Shown here one piece after another: positions 10,663-20,159 of a stretch of DNA of 64,000 nucleotides; the first letter of the stretch is position 1, and each line of letters starts with the position of its first letter. The translations under genes were made by a program, and so were the position numbers. The DNA is from a bacterium (GTDB lineage: Bacteria; UBA8248). The stretch covers positions 1,312,001 through 1,376,000 of the forward strand of contig CBDCRP010000002.1 in NCBI GenBank assembly GCA_965221165.1, in the 5' to 3' direction. The notes beneath the pieces were generated by a model that did no database searches, was not told the DNA's origin, and worked only from the letters and a program-made list of their open reading frames with translations.

Positions 10663-11757
10663 TCAGATGACTCTCGAGGGCAGTTCAATCGCCCTTCCGG
10701 TTCGGGCGGATTCGTCGATTGCGAGGGTAATTTCCAAAGTCCGCCGCGCTTGTTTGGCGGTCGGGTGCAGGCAAGGATTCCCCGTCGCAAGGTAATCGAG
10801 CCAGGCGCGCGTCTCGTGGGCGACGGGCCCGAACATATGATCGAGCGCCCAATCACCGGCGGAGTTGGTTCCCAGGAATGCGGTATTGATGTGATGGTCG
10901 GGGACATACACGTGAGGATATCCCTTTTCCGTATAGAGAAGGTTTTCCTTTTTGTCTTCGTCAAAAAGAAGGACCCCCTCCTTTCCGATGACTTCCAGGC
11001 GAGTGCCTTGCCCCAGCGTGGGATACTTCGCGGGCAAGGCGTAACATATACCCAGGCTGAAAACGGCTCCGTCCTCGAACGTGAGAATCGCCCAAGTCGT
11101 ATCGTTCACCTCGGGGTAACCGGCTTCTTCGAAAACAACCCCGTGACCGCGGGCGAAAACCTCCACGGGGCGGATACCCTCCATGAGCCAACAAATCATG
11201 TCCACGGAGTAGACCAGCACGTCGACCACCGGGGTAACCTCGTCCGTTCGTTTCAGAATCTCGAAGGCCTGCGCGCGCGAATTGTACACCCGGGCCGTTC
11301 CGCCCAGGATTCGACCCAACCGGCCCTCCTGGACCTGCTCCTTGCCGAGGAAATAGTGCCGCTGGTAGCGCTTGCTGTAGTTCACGTGCAATTCCACGCC
11401 ACTTCGCGCGGAAGCATCGATAAGACGGTCCGCATCATCGAGGCTCAAGGCCAGGGGTGTCTCGACCACGACGGATTTTCCGCGCTCGATGGTCTGCAAA
11501 ATCGGATCGACATGCTTGGGTTCGGGGGTGGAAACAATGACGGCGGTGACGGCGGGGTGATTTATCGCCTCTTCATTGCTCCCCGTGGTGAAATGCGCCC
11601 CCACTTGTTCGCCCAGCGCCTTGGCCCGGGCGGGGTCCAGATCCGAAATGGCCAGGAACCGGACCGCGGGGTGGTTGGCCGCCATTCGGGCGCGATGGGT
11701 CCCCATACGACCCGCGCCGATGACGGCGACTCCGAGTGTCTTTCGCTCATAACTCAT
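10663..11757 (-). CDS. Gfo/Idh/MocA family oxidoreductase
   Basis: VIGAGRMG Rossmann motif, VIVSTP, VVETP at the usual EKP position. Start taken at MSYERK. Confidence 0.8.
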   Translation of the reverse strand: MSYERKTLGVAVIGAGRMGTHRARMAANHPAVRFLAISDLDPARAKALGEQVGAHFTTGSNEEAINHPAVTAVIVSTPEPKHVDPILQTIERGKSVVVETPLALSLDDADRLIDASARSGVELHVNYSKRYQRHYFLGKEQVQEGRLGRILGGTARVYNSRAQAFEILKRTDEVTPVVDVLVYSVDMICWLMEGIRPVEVFARGHGVVFEEAGYPEVNDTTWAILTFEDGAVFSLGICYALPAKYPTLGQGTRLEVIGKEGVLLFDEDKKENLLYTEKGYPHVYVPDHHINTAFLGTNSAGDWALDHMFGPVAHETRAWLDYLATGNPCLHPTAKQARRTLEITLAIDESARTGRAIELPSRVI

Positions 11758-12107
11758 CGCACACGGCTCCGCCCTCTTCGATCTCGCTGGAGATCGGGAA
11801 ACCCTCAATCAAGGATATCTCCCCGATTCTTCAACCCTCTAAAAAACGACGGGAATCACCCGTTCTCGCCATCAGTTCAACGAGAAGTTTTCACTCCTGG
11901 TATTCGGTTTTCCCACCGGCGAATACCCGCCGTTTCCCTATCTTACCCAAGGCCTTCCCGGCCTTTGCGCAGCAAACACATCTTACGCATGGCCTTCGCT
12001 GGTTTCCCCACGCAGGAGGTGGAATTCGGCCCCCTCGCAAATGAACAGAAAAGGCTACCCCAACTCCACGGCTCCGGGAATATAAAAAGGAATATCACCG
12101 GCCCGGT

Positions 12108-13142
12108 TTACATAGAACCCTCGGCAGGCGCCATATTCTTGATCCCTTTTTCCTTCCAGTACCGGGCGGCTCCCGGATGAACCGGAATCACCAGCCCTTC
12201 GGTCGGATTGGCGCTCTTGAGGCCGGCCAGGCCGCGGTTGTTCTTGGTCAGGTAATCGACGCAGGACTTGCCCCAGATCGTCTTCGTCATTTCGTAAATC
12301 AAGTCCGGGGAGGTGTTTTTGTTCGCCACCAAAAGACCGCTCAAGCCCATGGTGGACACGTCATAGTCCACTCCCTTGTAAGTCCCTTTTGGAATAATCG
12401 TGGGTTCGAAGCCGGGAAACTCCTTCAGGAAACCGCTGAAATCCACCCCCTGATCGACGCTGATCAGCCGGACGGGCCGGGTCAGGGCCGCCTCCGTAAC
12501 CGAGGGATTCGGAAGACCTCCCTGAAGGGCGTAGCCGTCGATCTTGCCGTCCTTCAGGTAGCTGACCTGCTCGCCGTGGGAGAGGTTGCTGACCTTGATC
12601 TTCTTGTACAAGCCAATGTGTTTGAGAAAAGAACCGACGGATGCGTAGCAGGTGGTGCCGATGGGGCACGGCGAAAACTTTTTCCCGCTCAAATCGGCCA
12701 GTTTCTTGATGCCGGAGCTTTTCAAGACAACGAAGTGAAAAATCGAAGAGGAAATTCCGAAACCGACCGCGCGCAATTCCCTGTGCTTCTTTCCCTTCCA
12801 GCTTCCCTTCCCGTCCCAGGCCGGAAAGGCCACGGTCTGGAAGGTGAACCCCACGTCGGCCTTGCCTTCCTGGAGCTTCCTGAAGGCTTCCATCCCGCCC
12901 GAGGTCGGGACGACAGTGACATTGATGTCACTATTTTTCCGCATACATTCGCTCATCGCGGTCAGGTAGCGGTACCAGGAACCCTTCGCACCGCCCGACA
13001 TGAAGGTAAGTTGCTTGTCCGCAGCGAATACGGGGGACGAGAGAACCGCGACAACGACAAAAATCGCCAACCCCAGGAGCCCACCAATTCTCACGGTTCG
13101 GTTTTCAACGAGACGCTTCCTGTTACTTCGATGACGCCACAT
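12108..13142 (-). CDS. TAXI family TRAP substrate-binding protein
   Basis: Signal peptide (..VFA), GGAKGSWY, PVHPGAARYWKEKG C-terminus. ATG 13142 follows GGGGAGG. Confidence 0.88.
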   Translation of the reverse strand: MWRHRSNRKRLVENRTVRIGGLLGLAIFVVVAVLSSPVFAADKQLTFMSGGAKGSWYRYLTAMSECMRKNSDINVTVVPTSGGMEAFRKLQEGKADVGFTFQTVAFPAWDGKGSWKGKKHRELRAVGFGISSSIFHFVVLKSSGIKKLADLSGKKFSPCPIGTTCYASVGSFLKHIGLYKKIKVSNLSHGEQVSYLKDGKIDGYALQGGLPNPSVTEAALTRPVRLISVDQGVDFSGFLKEFPGFEPTIIPKGTYKGVDYDVSTMGLSGLLVANKNTSPDLIYEMTKTIWGKSCVDYLTKNNRGLAGLKSANPTEGLVIPVHPGAARYWKEKGIKNMAPAEGSM

Positions 13143-13931
13143 AGCCCAACCTCCCCTATCTCTCGGTTGCAGAAAAGGAAAACGCATCAGCGCCTTCCAC
13201 GTCTTTTTTCAACTTCCTGGTCGCGCATTCCAATACGCCGGAGTAGCGACGGCGCATTGGGAAATCAAAAACTCTTCCTTGGAAAGATATTCGATGGCGG
13301 TTTCCCGCTCGTGTATTTTGTAGTTGGATTTGCAATCGTTACCGGCTCGAACGGCCGACGAAAACCACGCAAAGTTCACGTCCATCGAGAACCCCCTTTC
13401 GTGGTTAACAAATCGCAGGTGGATCAATGATGGCGAGGTGACATGAATAATTATATTAGAGTAGGAGCAATGTAACACAGAGAATAGGGCAGGGCAATTT
13501 GAAGATTAATGAGTTGATGTCGGTTACCCATATTAGTTTTTCAACTTTCGTATGACAAATGAATAATTCAGACCCATAGTTAGACTTGGCTTCAGCTTAC
13601 GCCGAATTGCAATTCCTGTTATCCGCCCCCTGCGTGTCCGCCCACGCATATATGCGTCCCGCGCCCCGTCGGGCGATATCTCGCCGAAACGGCCGACTGC
13701 AACACGCTTGTCGGGCGCCTTTCCGCCGCCGCATCCTACACGGCGGTCGAGGATGAAGGACTTGGGCTCCGGCGGGATGCGCCCTGAGGTCGAATCCGGT
13801 GAAAACCCGCTCCGAGAGTCGCCTTCAGAGGGTTTTGGTGTAATAATCTCGCGATTATAATTGGCGCGTGGCTCATCGCTGCGCCGGCCTCACATGTATA
13901 GGCCGCCGGGCTACAACAACGGAGACATATC

Positions 13932-14543
13932 ATGAAATGGACAATGCTGACGGTTGTCGCGGTGCTTTCACTCTGCGCTCACACCGCAAGCGCACAGCAA
14001 CTCGAAAAGACGATCTTCGCAGGCGGCTGCTTCTGGTGCGTCGAGTCGGATTTCGACAAGGTGCCGGGCGTAGTCTCGACGATCTCCGGCTATACCGGCG
14101 GCAAGACAAAAAACCCGACCTACGATCAAGTCACCTACGGCGACACGGGGCACTACGAGGCGGTCGAGATCACCTACGATCCGGCGAAGGTCGGCTACGA
14201 GGCGCTGCTCACCGCATTCTGGCACTCGGTCGACCCGACCGATGGCGGCGGCCAGTTCTGCGACCGCGGCCATTCCTACAAGACCGCCGTCTTCGTCGCG
14301 AACAAGAAGCAGCGCGCCGCGGCCGAGGCCTCCAAAAACGCTGCGCAAAAGAATGTCGGCAAGCCGATCGTCACCCCGATCCTCGCCGCCGCGCGGTTCT
14401 ACGCCGCAGAAGATTATCACCAGGACTATTATAAAAAGAGCCCGTACCGCTACCGCTACTACCGCTGGGGTTGCGGCCGCGACAAAAAGGTCAAGCAAGT
14501 CTGGGGCGAGCATGCCTACAAGGGCATCCCCGGCCACGACTGA
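13932..14543 (+). CDS. msrA: Peptide methionine sulfoxide reductase A, exported
   Basis: FAGGCFWCVESDF, GYTGG, TGHYEAV, AEDYHQDYY; N-terminal signal peptide. Confidence 0.95.
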   Translation: MKWTMLTVVAVLSLCAHTASAQQLEKTIFAGGCFWCVESDFDKVPGVVSTISGYTGGKTKNPTYDQVTYGDTGHYEAVEITYDPAKVGYEALLTAFWHSVDPTDGGGQFCDRGHSYKTAVFVANKKQRAAAEASKNAAQKNVGKPIVTPILAAARFYAAEDYHQDYYKKSPYRYRYYRWGCGRDKKVKQVWGEHAYKGIPGHD

Positions 14544-14683
14544 AGCCGCGCTGCGCAAAATCCGTTCGGCGCTGCATGAGGGCTGATTTTAATGCGTCAT
14601 ATCGTTGTAAATACAACTATATTTCAATTCACCCGTTTCGCCATGAAATGAGACGCAAATGCCTCCTATCGACATGCGCATCG

Positions 14684-14902
14684 CTACCCATCTTCCCTCG
14701 GCCACACCACGATATACTAACGATTCGGTAACAACACACAATGATCCGTCAGTCGCGTCTCGGTCTGTTTCATTGCCCCTTCCAGCACCCGAATGAAAGC
14801 CTCGTAGTCCCCCTCTTTCTCAAAGATCCTCAACCGCGCGTTCGCACGGTTGAGGACGCGGGAAACCAGGCCGCCATGGTCTGCTCGTTTCGGTCGTCCC
14901 AT
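14684..14902 (-). pseudogene. REP-associated tyrosine transposase (RAYT / IS200-like) N-terminal remnant
   Basis: MGRPKRADHGGLVSRVLNRANARLRIFEKEGDYEAF...CVLLPNR*YIVVWPREDG*. The HUH segment (PNHWHL in intact homologues) reads PNR*YI. Confidence 0.75.
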
Positions 14903-14947
14903 CCGCATAACCTAGCGAATCTCGCCACCCCTTCAACAAACGGTTCC

Positions 14948-16417
14948 TCACGCCGCATCTTCCCCGTTCCACGCGCTCTCGTACTTCGCCCGGTGCTCGT
15001 CGGGCAGTGGAGAGGCGAAGTAGGAGATCGCGATGAAGAGCACCGCGTTCACCAGCAGCCCGAAGAAGCCCGGCGCCGGCGCGCTGCCCACGCTGATGGG
15101 CGGCGGCCCCGAGGCGAAGAAGGTGTAGTAGGTGCCGAGCGCCACCCCGACGACCCAACCCACCTCGGCCCCCAGCTTCGAGGCCCGCTTCCAGTAGAGG
15201 CCTCCGATCAGCAGGGGCAGGAACTGCATGTGGAACATCACCACCAGCTTGACCAGGGCCCAGATGTAGGGCGGCCGGGCGAGGGCGATCCACACGGCCA
15301 GAAACCCGAAGACCAACATGGCCCACTTCCCGATCAGGACGGATTGCGCCTGGGAGACGTCCTTGTTGATGAAGCCCCGGACGATGTCCTTCGATATGAT
15401 GGCGTTCGCGCCCACAAGGCCGGAGTCCAGGGTGGACATGCCGCACGCCCAGACGACCACCACCAGCCAGGCCATAAGCCAGGGGGCCTGCTTCTGGATG
15501 GTCACGAGGATGGCTTGGTCCATGTTCAAGTCAGGGCCGGCGAAGACGCGGCTGATCAGCCCCAGGAAGAGGAAAATCACGACCATCACGAGCAGCATCA
15601 CCGCCGTCAGAATCACGTTTCGGCGATATTCGTCCAGGCTGCGGATGGTGTACATGCGCGTCATGCGGTCTCCCATCGTAAGGGGATGGGAGGCCATAAA
15701 CACGAACCAGCCGAGGAAAAGCCCGAAGGATATGGCGTCGGGCGAAAACAGGGTATGCGACTCAGGCAGCGAATCGATCAACTTGGTGTAGCCGCCCACG
15801 GCGTAAAAGAGATACGAAAGGGCCACCACACCGAAAGCCAGGGAGAGCACGCCCTGTAAGACGTCGGTATAGATGACCCCTCGCATCCCTCCGTAGATGG
15901 TGTAGCCCACTCCGATGACGAGCAGGAGGAGCACCCCCCAGACGTAAGGAATGCCTGCGAACCGCTCAAGGACGGTGCCCATGGCGACGGCGTTCGAGGC
16001 GAAATAGGGAACCAGGAAGATGACGGTCCCGACGGCCCCGCAGATCCGGAGAAGCTCACTCTGGTAGAAATCCCCGTAGAAATCCTGTGCGGTGACGTAG
16101 TTGAACTTCTTACCCACCGGCCAGAGGCGCTTGCCGATGTACCAGAGCGGGAACGCCATGAACGCGTAAGCGAACCCGTAGCCCAGGAAGCCCACGCCCT
16201 TCAGGTAGAACCAGCCCACCGTGCCCAGGTAGATCCCGCCCGACATGAGCGTGGCCACTATGCTGAACGAGTTGGGAATGTAGCCGACGTTACGGCCCGC
16301 CACGTAATAATCTTCCTCGGTCGCCTTTTCAGAGTGATAACGGTAAACGACCAAGATGGTGACGATCAGGTAGACGACGACACACCCGAAGATGAAGTAC
16401 GGCGAGGACCAAATCAT
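14948..16417 (-). CDS. Sodium:solute symporter (SLC5/PanF/PutP-like)
   Basis: EDYYVAGR, YTIYGGMRGVIYTDVLQG, MSTLDSGL, GLYWKRAS. Start MIWSS overlaps the upstream small gene (ATGA). Confidence 0.88.
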   Translation of the reverse strand: MIWSSPYFIFGCVVVYLIVTILVVYRYHSEKATEEDYYVAGRNVGYIPNSFSIVATLMSGGIYLGTVGWFYLKGVGFLGYGFAYAFMAFPLWYIGKRLWPVGKKFNYVTAQDFYGDFYQSELLRICGAVGTVIFLVPYFASNAVAMGTVLERFAGIPYVWGVLLLLVIGVGYTIYGGMRGVIYTDVLQGVLSLAFGVVALSYLFYAVGGYTKLIDSLPESHTLFSPDAISFGLFLGWFVFMASHPLTMGDRMTRMYTIRSLDEYRRNVILTAVMLLVMVVIFLFLGLISRVFAGPDLNMDQAILVTIQKQAPWLMAWLVVVVWACGMSTLDSGLVGANAIISKDIVRGFINKDVSQAQSVLIGKWAMLVFGFLAVWIALARPPYIWALVKLVVMFHMQFLPLLIGGLYWKRASKLGAEVGWVVGVALGTYYTFFASGPPPISVGSAPAPGFFGLLVNAVLFIAISYFASPLPDEHRAKYESAWNGEDAA

Positions 16418-16602
16418 GACGCGTCCTCCTCTTCGTACACCACACGAATCAGCAGCCAGAGCCCGTAGAGGGCGACCAGCGGGTACCACAAGATCGTGAA
16501 GTACTTGTTGTTGATGAAGGGATTGACCGTTGTCGTCAGGACAAGAATGAGGAAAACGATGAACATCCATCCATTTGTCGTGGGCTTGCCATCCTTGAGC
16601 AT
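16414..16602 (-). CDS. Small two-TM membrane protein, probable SSS accessory subunit
   Basis: 62 aa with two hydrophobic helices, strong GGAGGGAGG RBS, 4-bp overlap with the symporter start. Confidence 0.7.
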   Translation of the reverse strand: MLKDGKPTTNGWMFIVFLILVLTTTVNPFINNKYFTILWYPLVALYGLWLLIRVVYEEEDAS

Positions 16603-16867
16603 AGCGTTTCCTCCCTCCTGGAGTGCGCCGGGTGTGCGGCGCCCGATGTATCTCCTCGGAGGGGGAAAGCCACTTCCCCCCTCCGAACTCTTCGGGCGGA
16701 GAGGCAGAAGCCTCTACTTTCAGCGAAATGTCTACAAGAAACTTTGATATGAAAATAATAAAAAGTCAAGAGGAAAATAAATCGCCTGGATGCGAGTTTC
16801 TGGTTCCGGGCCAGTGTGGAGAAACAAAACAAATTGCAAACGCCCCGATCCTCGCCGCCGCGCCTTT

Positions 16868-17554
16868 CTACGAAACCTGGTTGCGCTCCATCATGTCCAG
16901 CACGTCATCCGTTTTCGTCACCCAGCCGAATTTTGATTCGAAATTGTACAGGGTGGCCTGGCGAGTGAAGTCCGGGCCGGTGTGATCCATCGCATCCTCG
17001 ATGAGAATGGGCCAGAATTCGCGGAAATAGGCCTCGCGCGCCGTGCTCTCCACGCAGACGTTCGTGGCCACGCCGGTGAAGAGAATGTGCCGGATGTCGA
17101 GGCCGTTGAGTTGGTTTTCCAGCGTCGTTCCCGCGAAGCCGCTGTAGCGGGCTTTCCTTACCACCAGGTCGTCCGGCTCGGGCTTGAGCTCGTCGATAAT
17201 CTCCCACCCCCACGTTCCCTCGATGATGAGCTTTTCGCGGTCCGCCGGGCGTTCCTTGATCATCCTGATGGCCATCTGCTTGCGAATGTTGGGCGACAGC
17301 GGCCCGCCTGCGTCGCTGAGGTCGGGCTTGTACCCGAACTGGAGATAGAATACCTGCACGCCGGCCGCGCGCGCCGCAGAGAGCAGGCGCTGGTTGGCCG
17401 CGATGACGGGGTTCGTGCGGGATTCGTCAATGCCTGCTCCCAGGTCGAGCATTCCGCCCTTCTTTGCGTATGCGTTCTGCATGTCGACCACGATGAAAGC
17501 GGTTCGAGCCAAGTCGATTTCCACGTCCTGGGGCCGTGCCTTGAGGATTGCCAT
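16868..17554 (-). CDS. Isochorismatase-family cysteine hydrolase, RutB-like ureidoacrylate amidohydrolase
   Basis: VVDMQNAYAKKGG, KARYSGF, TGVATNVCVESTAR, QATLYNFESKFGWV; D-K-C triad present. Confidence 0.85.
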   Translation of the reverse strand: MAILKARPQDVEIDLARTAFIVVDMQNAYAKKGGMLDLGAGIDESRTNPVIAANQRLLSAARAAGVQVFYLQFGYKPDLSDAGGPLSPNIRKQMAIRMIKERPADREKLIIEGTWGWEIIDELKPEPDDLVVRKARYSGFAGTTLENQLNGLDIRHILFTGVATNVCVESTAREAYFREFWPILIEDAMDHTGPDFTRQATLYNFESKFGWVTKTDDVLDMMERNQVS

Positions 17555-17714
17555 GCGTTCTCTCCATGAATATCAGGACAAAAATTCGTCTCCACGCACA
17601 TTTTCGCCGAACAACTCCTCCACCTCCGGCCGGCGCGGGGCAAGCACCTGCCGTTCGGCATGGCGTACGAGTTTCTTTGAGCCGGAAACAGCTTTTCACC
17701 CGGCGGCATGGTAG

Positions 17715-17925
17715 CCATACCAGGGCAATCCGGGAACGGTTTCAGCCTGTTGGAATGGGCTACGCCCATATGACGGAGCTTGCCCGCCGCCACCTGCGCC
17801 TGCGCCTCGGAGGGGTTCAATATGGCGATGTCCACATGGCCGCCCAAAAGACCGGCCACCATCCTGGGCGGACTATCGTGAGGAATGTATTTCACTTGAA
17901 TTCCGCCGGCGGCCCGTTTTCTCTG
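17715..17925 (-). pseudogene. Internal fragment of a TctC/Bug substrate-binding protein
   Basis: AAGGIQVKYIPHDS...LLGGHVDIAILNPSEAQAQVAAGKLR..V..SNRLKPFPDCP; no N- or C-terminus. Confidence 0.65.
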
Positions 17926-18059
17926 AACATATCCTTGCGCTTTTGCGCCTACTACTCCTCCTCATTCACATGTTAGACGGCACTTCTCCGTAAGGTTTGA
18001 GCGACATGCATCGTGCCGAGTATAACATGGACACTTTTGTGCCTTTTGGTCCTCAAAAT

Positions 18060-20054
18060 TCACCCGCTTTTCGGGAGACTTTCCTCCGCCGGTTGCGCCC
18101 GCAAAAACCACTCACGGTGACGCGTGACTTGGGAAATAAAAAGAATCGTCAACAACACGAATCCCGAGCCTTGGACGGCGTATGTAGGCCAAAACATCAT
18201 GAATGCTCCAAGAAGAAGTCCTCCTCTCTCCAACCAGGATGCCCTCCCGATCAAATATCCGCTCAGGCCGGCCATTCCGGCGAAAAGTCCAATTCCGGTC
18301 GTCAAGACAACCAGGATGATTTCAGCCACGCTTCCGTTTAATAAAATCGCAGGGGCATAGGCGAAAAGAAAAGGAATCACATAGAGACCCTTCGCCGCTC
18401 TAAAGGAAGTCCAGCCGGTCTTCATCGGATCCGCCTGGGCGATGGCGGCGGCGGTATAAGCAGGAATGCAAACGGGAGGCGTATAACAACTATCCAGGCT
18501 GAACCAAAAGATGATCATGTGAGCCGTTACGGCGCTCATGTTGCCCAGGTCGATGAGAGCGGGAGCCGCCATGGTCGCCAGAACGATGTAGGCGGAACTG
18601 CTCGGAAGCCCCATCCCCAGAACGAAGGAGGCCACACCGACCAGAATGATTCCCAGGAAGAGACTCCCCCCGGAAGCCGAAACGACGATGGAAGAGAACT
18701 TGAGTCCCAGCCCCGTGATCGTCGTGGCCCCGATGATGATTCCTGCGGCCGCACAGGCGGCGGCTATCGGGGCGCACTGACGAGCCCCTCGAACCAGCGC
18801 CGCGACGAGTTTGCTCAATCCGCTTCTCAAATAATCAAGAGCAAGCCCTGCGGAAAAATTGTTTTTCCGGAACCCTTCACGGAGATAGTCAATCATTCCC
18901 AGCAACGTCATGGAAACAATCGTGGCGATGATTCCGGCTACTCCTGCATACTGCACCGACCTCCCGATGACCATGAAATAAATCAAAACGGCCGGCGGTA
19001 TGAGAAAAACGAACGCGCGCCCGATCGTATTGAAAACGTCGGGAAGATCCTCCCAACTCAGACCATGAATGTCGTTTTTCGCCGCCTCCAGATGCACGAA
19101 CACGAATACGGACATGAAATAGAGCAATGCCGGAATGACCGATATCTTGATGATGGTGAAATAGGAAGTTCCGGTGAATTCGGCCAGCAGAAACGCCGCC
19201 GTGCCCATGATGGGGGGCATGATCTGGCCTCCGGTGGAAGCCGCGGTCTCCACCGAAGCCGCTATGTGGGGTCGATACCCCATCTTTATCATCAAGGGAA
19301 TGGTGAACGTGCCCGTGGTGACGATGTTGGCGGTGGCGCTTCCCGATATGGTTCCCGAGAGTGCGCTGGCTACCACGGCGGCCTTGGCGGGCCCGCCCCG
19401 CATCCGGCCGGTCAGCAGGAACGCGAAGTCAATGTATATTTTCCCGGCGCCCGAAGCGTCGAGCACGGCCCCGAACAGGATGAAAAGGAACATGTAATTG
19501 ACGAAAACGTACATCGGAGCAGACCAAAGACCCCCGTCTGTCAGATAAAAATGATCGATGATGTCCAAAAATCCGATGCCGCCGTGCCTGAACTCCCACG
19601 GCATCCAGGGACCAAAGTAGGTGTACACGAGGAAGAAAAGCGCAATCAAAGGCAAGGTCATATTGATTGCCCTGCGCGTGGCCTCCAGAACCAAAATGAT
19701 GCAAAGGACCCCGAAGAAAATATCCAATGGCAGGACATCATCCAGATATCGGGTACGTTCGAGTAGCCGGTCGTACTCCCAAAGCAGCCATATTACGGAA
19801 ACGACTGCGATGAGGCCGAGAAAGGCGGCAATCGCCTTGTTCCATTCCGCAGGTAAAATCTTCGTTTTCTTTGAAGAGGGGAGAAGAAAAATGATGGCGG
19901 CGGCAGCCATATAAAACATCGGCCGCTCGAAAATCGCGTCCATCCCACCGGTAACAGCAAGATAGATTTCCGTAAGAGACATGCCGATCGCAATCAGCAT
20001 GACAAGATAGCCGGCGATTCCCTTAGGGGGAAAAATCTCGCTTTGACTAACCAT
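18060..20054 (-). CDS. TRAP/TAXI transporter fused 4TM/12TM permease
   Basis: GGPAKAAVVAS, SGSATANIVTTGTFTIPLM, STGGQIMPPIMG, LGMGLP, TPPVC. Confidence 0.92.
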   Translation of the reverse strand: MVSQSEIFPPKGIAGYLVMLIAIGMSLTEIYLAVTGGMDAIFERPMFYMAAAAIIFLLPSSKKTKILPAEWNKAIAAFLGLIAVVSVIWLLWEYDRLLERTRYLDDVLPLDIFFGVLCIILVLEATRRAINMTLPLIALFFLVYTYFGPWMPWEFRHGGIGFLDIIDHFYLTDGGLWSAPMYVFVNYMFLFILFGAVLDASGAGKIYIDFAFLLTGRMRGGPAKAAVVASALSGTISGSATANIVTTGTFTIPLMIKMGYRPHIAASVETAASTGGQIMPPIMGTAAFLLAEFTGTSYFTIIKISVIPALLYFMSVFVFVHLEAAKNDIHGLSWEDLPDVFNTIGRAFVFLIPPAVLIYFMVIGRSVQYAGVAGIIATIVSMTLLGMIDYLREGFRKNNFSAGLALDYLRSGLSKLVAALVRGARQCAPIAAACAAAGIIIGATTITGLGLKFSSIVVSASGGSLFLGIILVGVASFVLGMGLPSSSAYIVLATMAAPALIDLGNMSAVTAHMIIFWFSLDSCYTPPVCIPAYTAAAIAQADPMKTGWTSFRAAKGLYVIPFLFAYAPAILLNGSVAEIILVVLTTGIGLFAGMAGLSGYLIGRASWLERGGLLLGAFMMFWPTYAVQGSGFVLLTILFISQVTRHREWFLRAQPAEESLPKSG

Positions 20055-20159
20055 GAAGAGCGCCTTCCGGAATTATTTAGAAACGGGCATCAGAGAAAAC
20101 TGCATGAGCCCCTGGTGCCCGAGCATTCCTTTAGCATATTGAATTTGCGCCTTCTCTGG

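Noticed and set aside
13209-13478. 89-aa ORF upstream of the TAXI gene
   Set aside because: AT-rich promoter region, atypical composition, no motifs.
16690-16722. AGTAGAGG resembling the start of a lysine riboswitch
   Set aside because: Leader too short and the other conserved elements are not visible.
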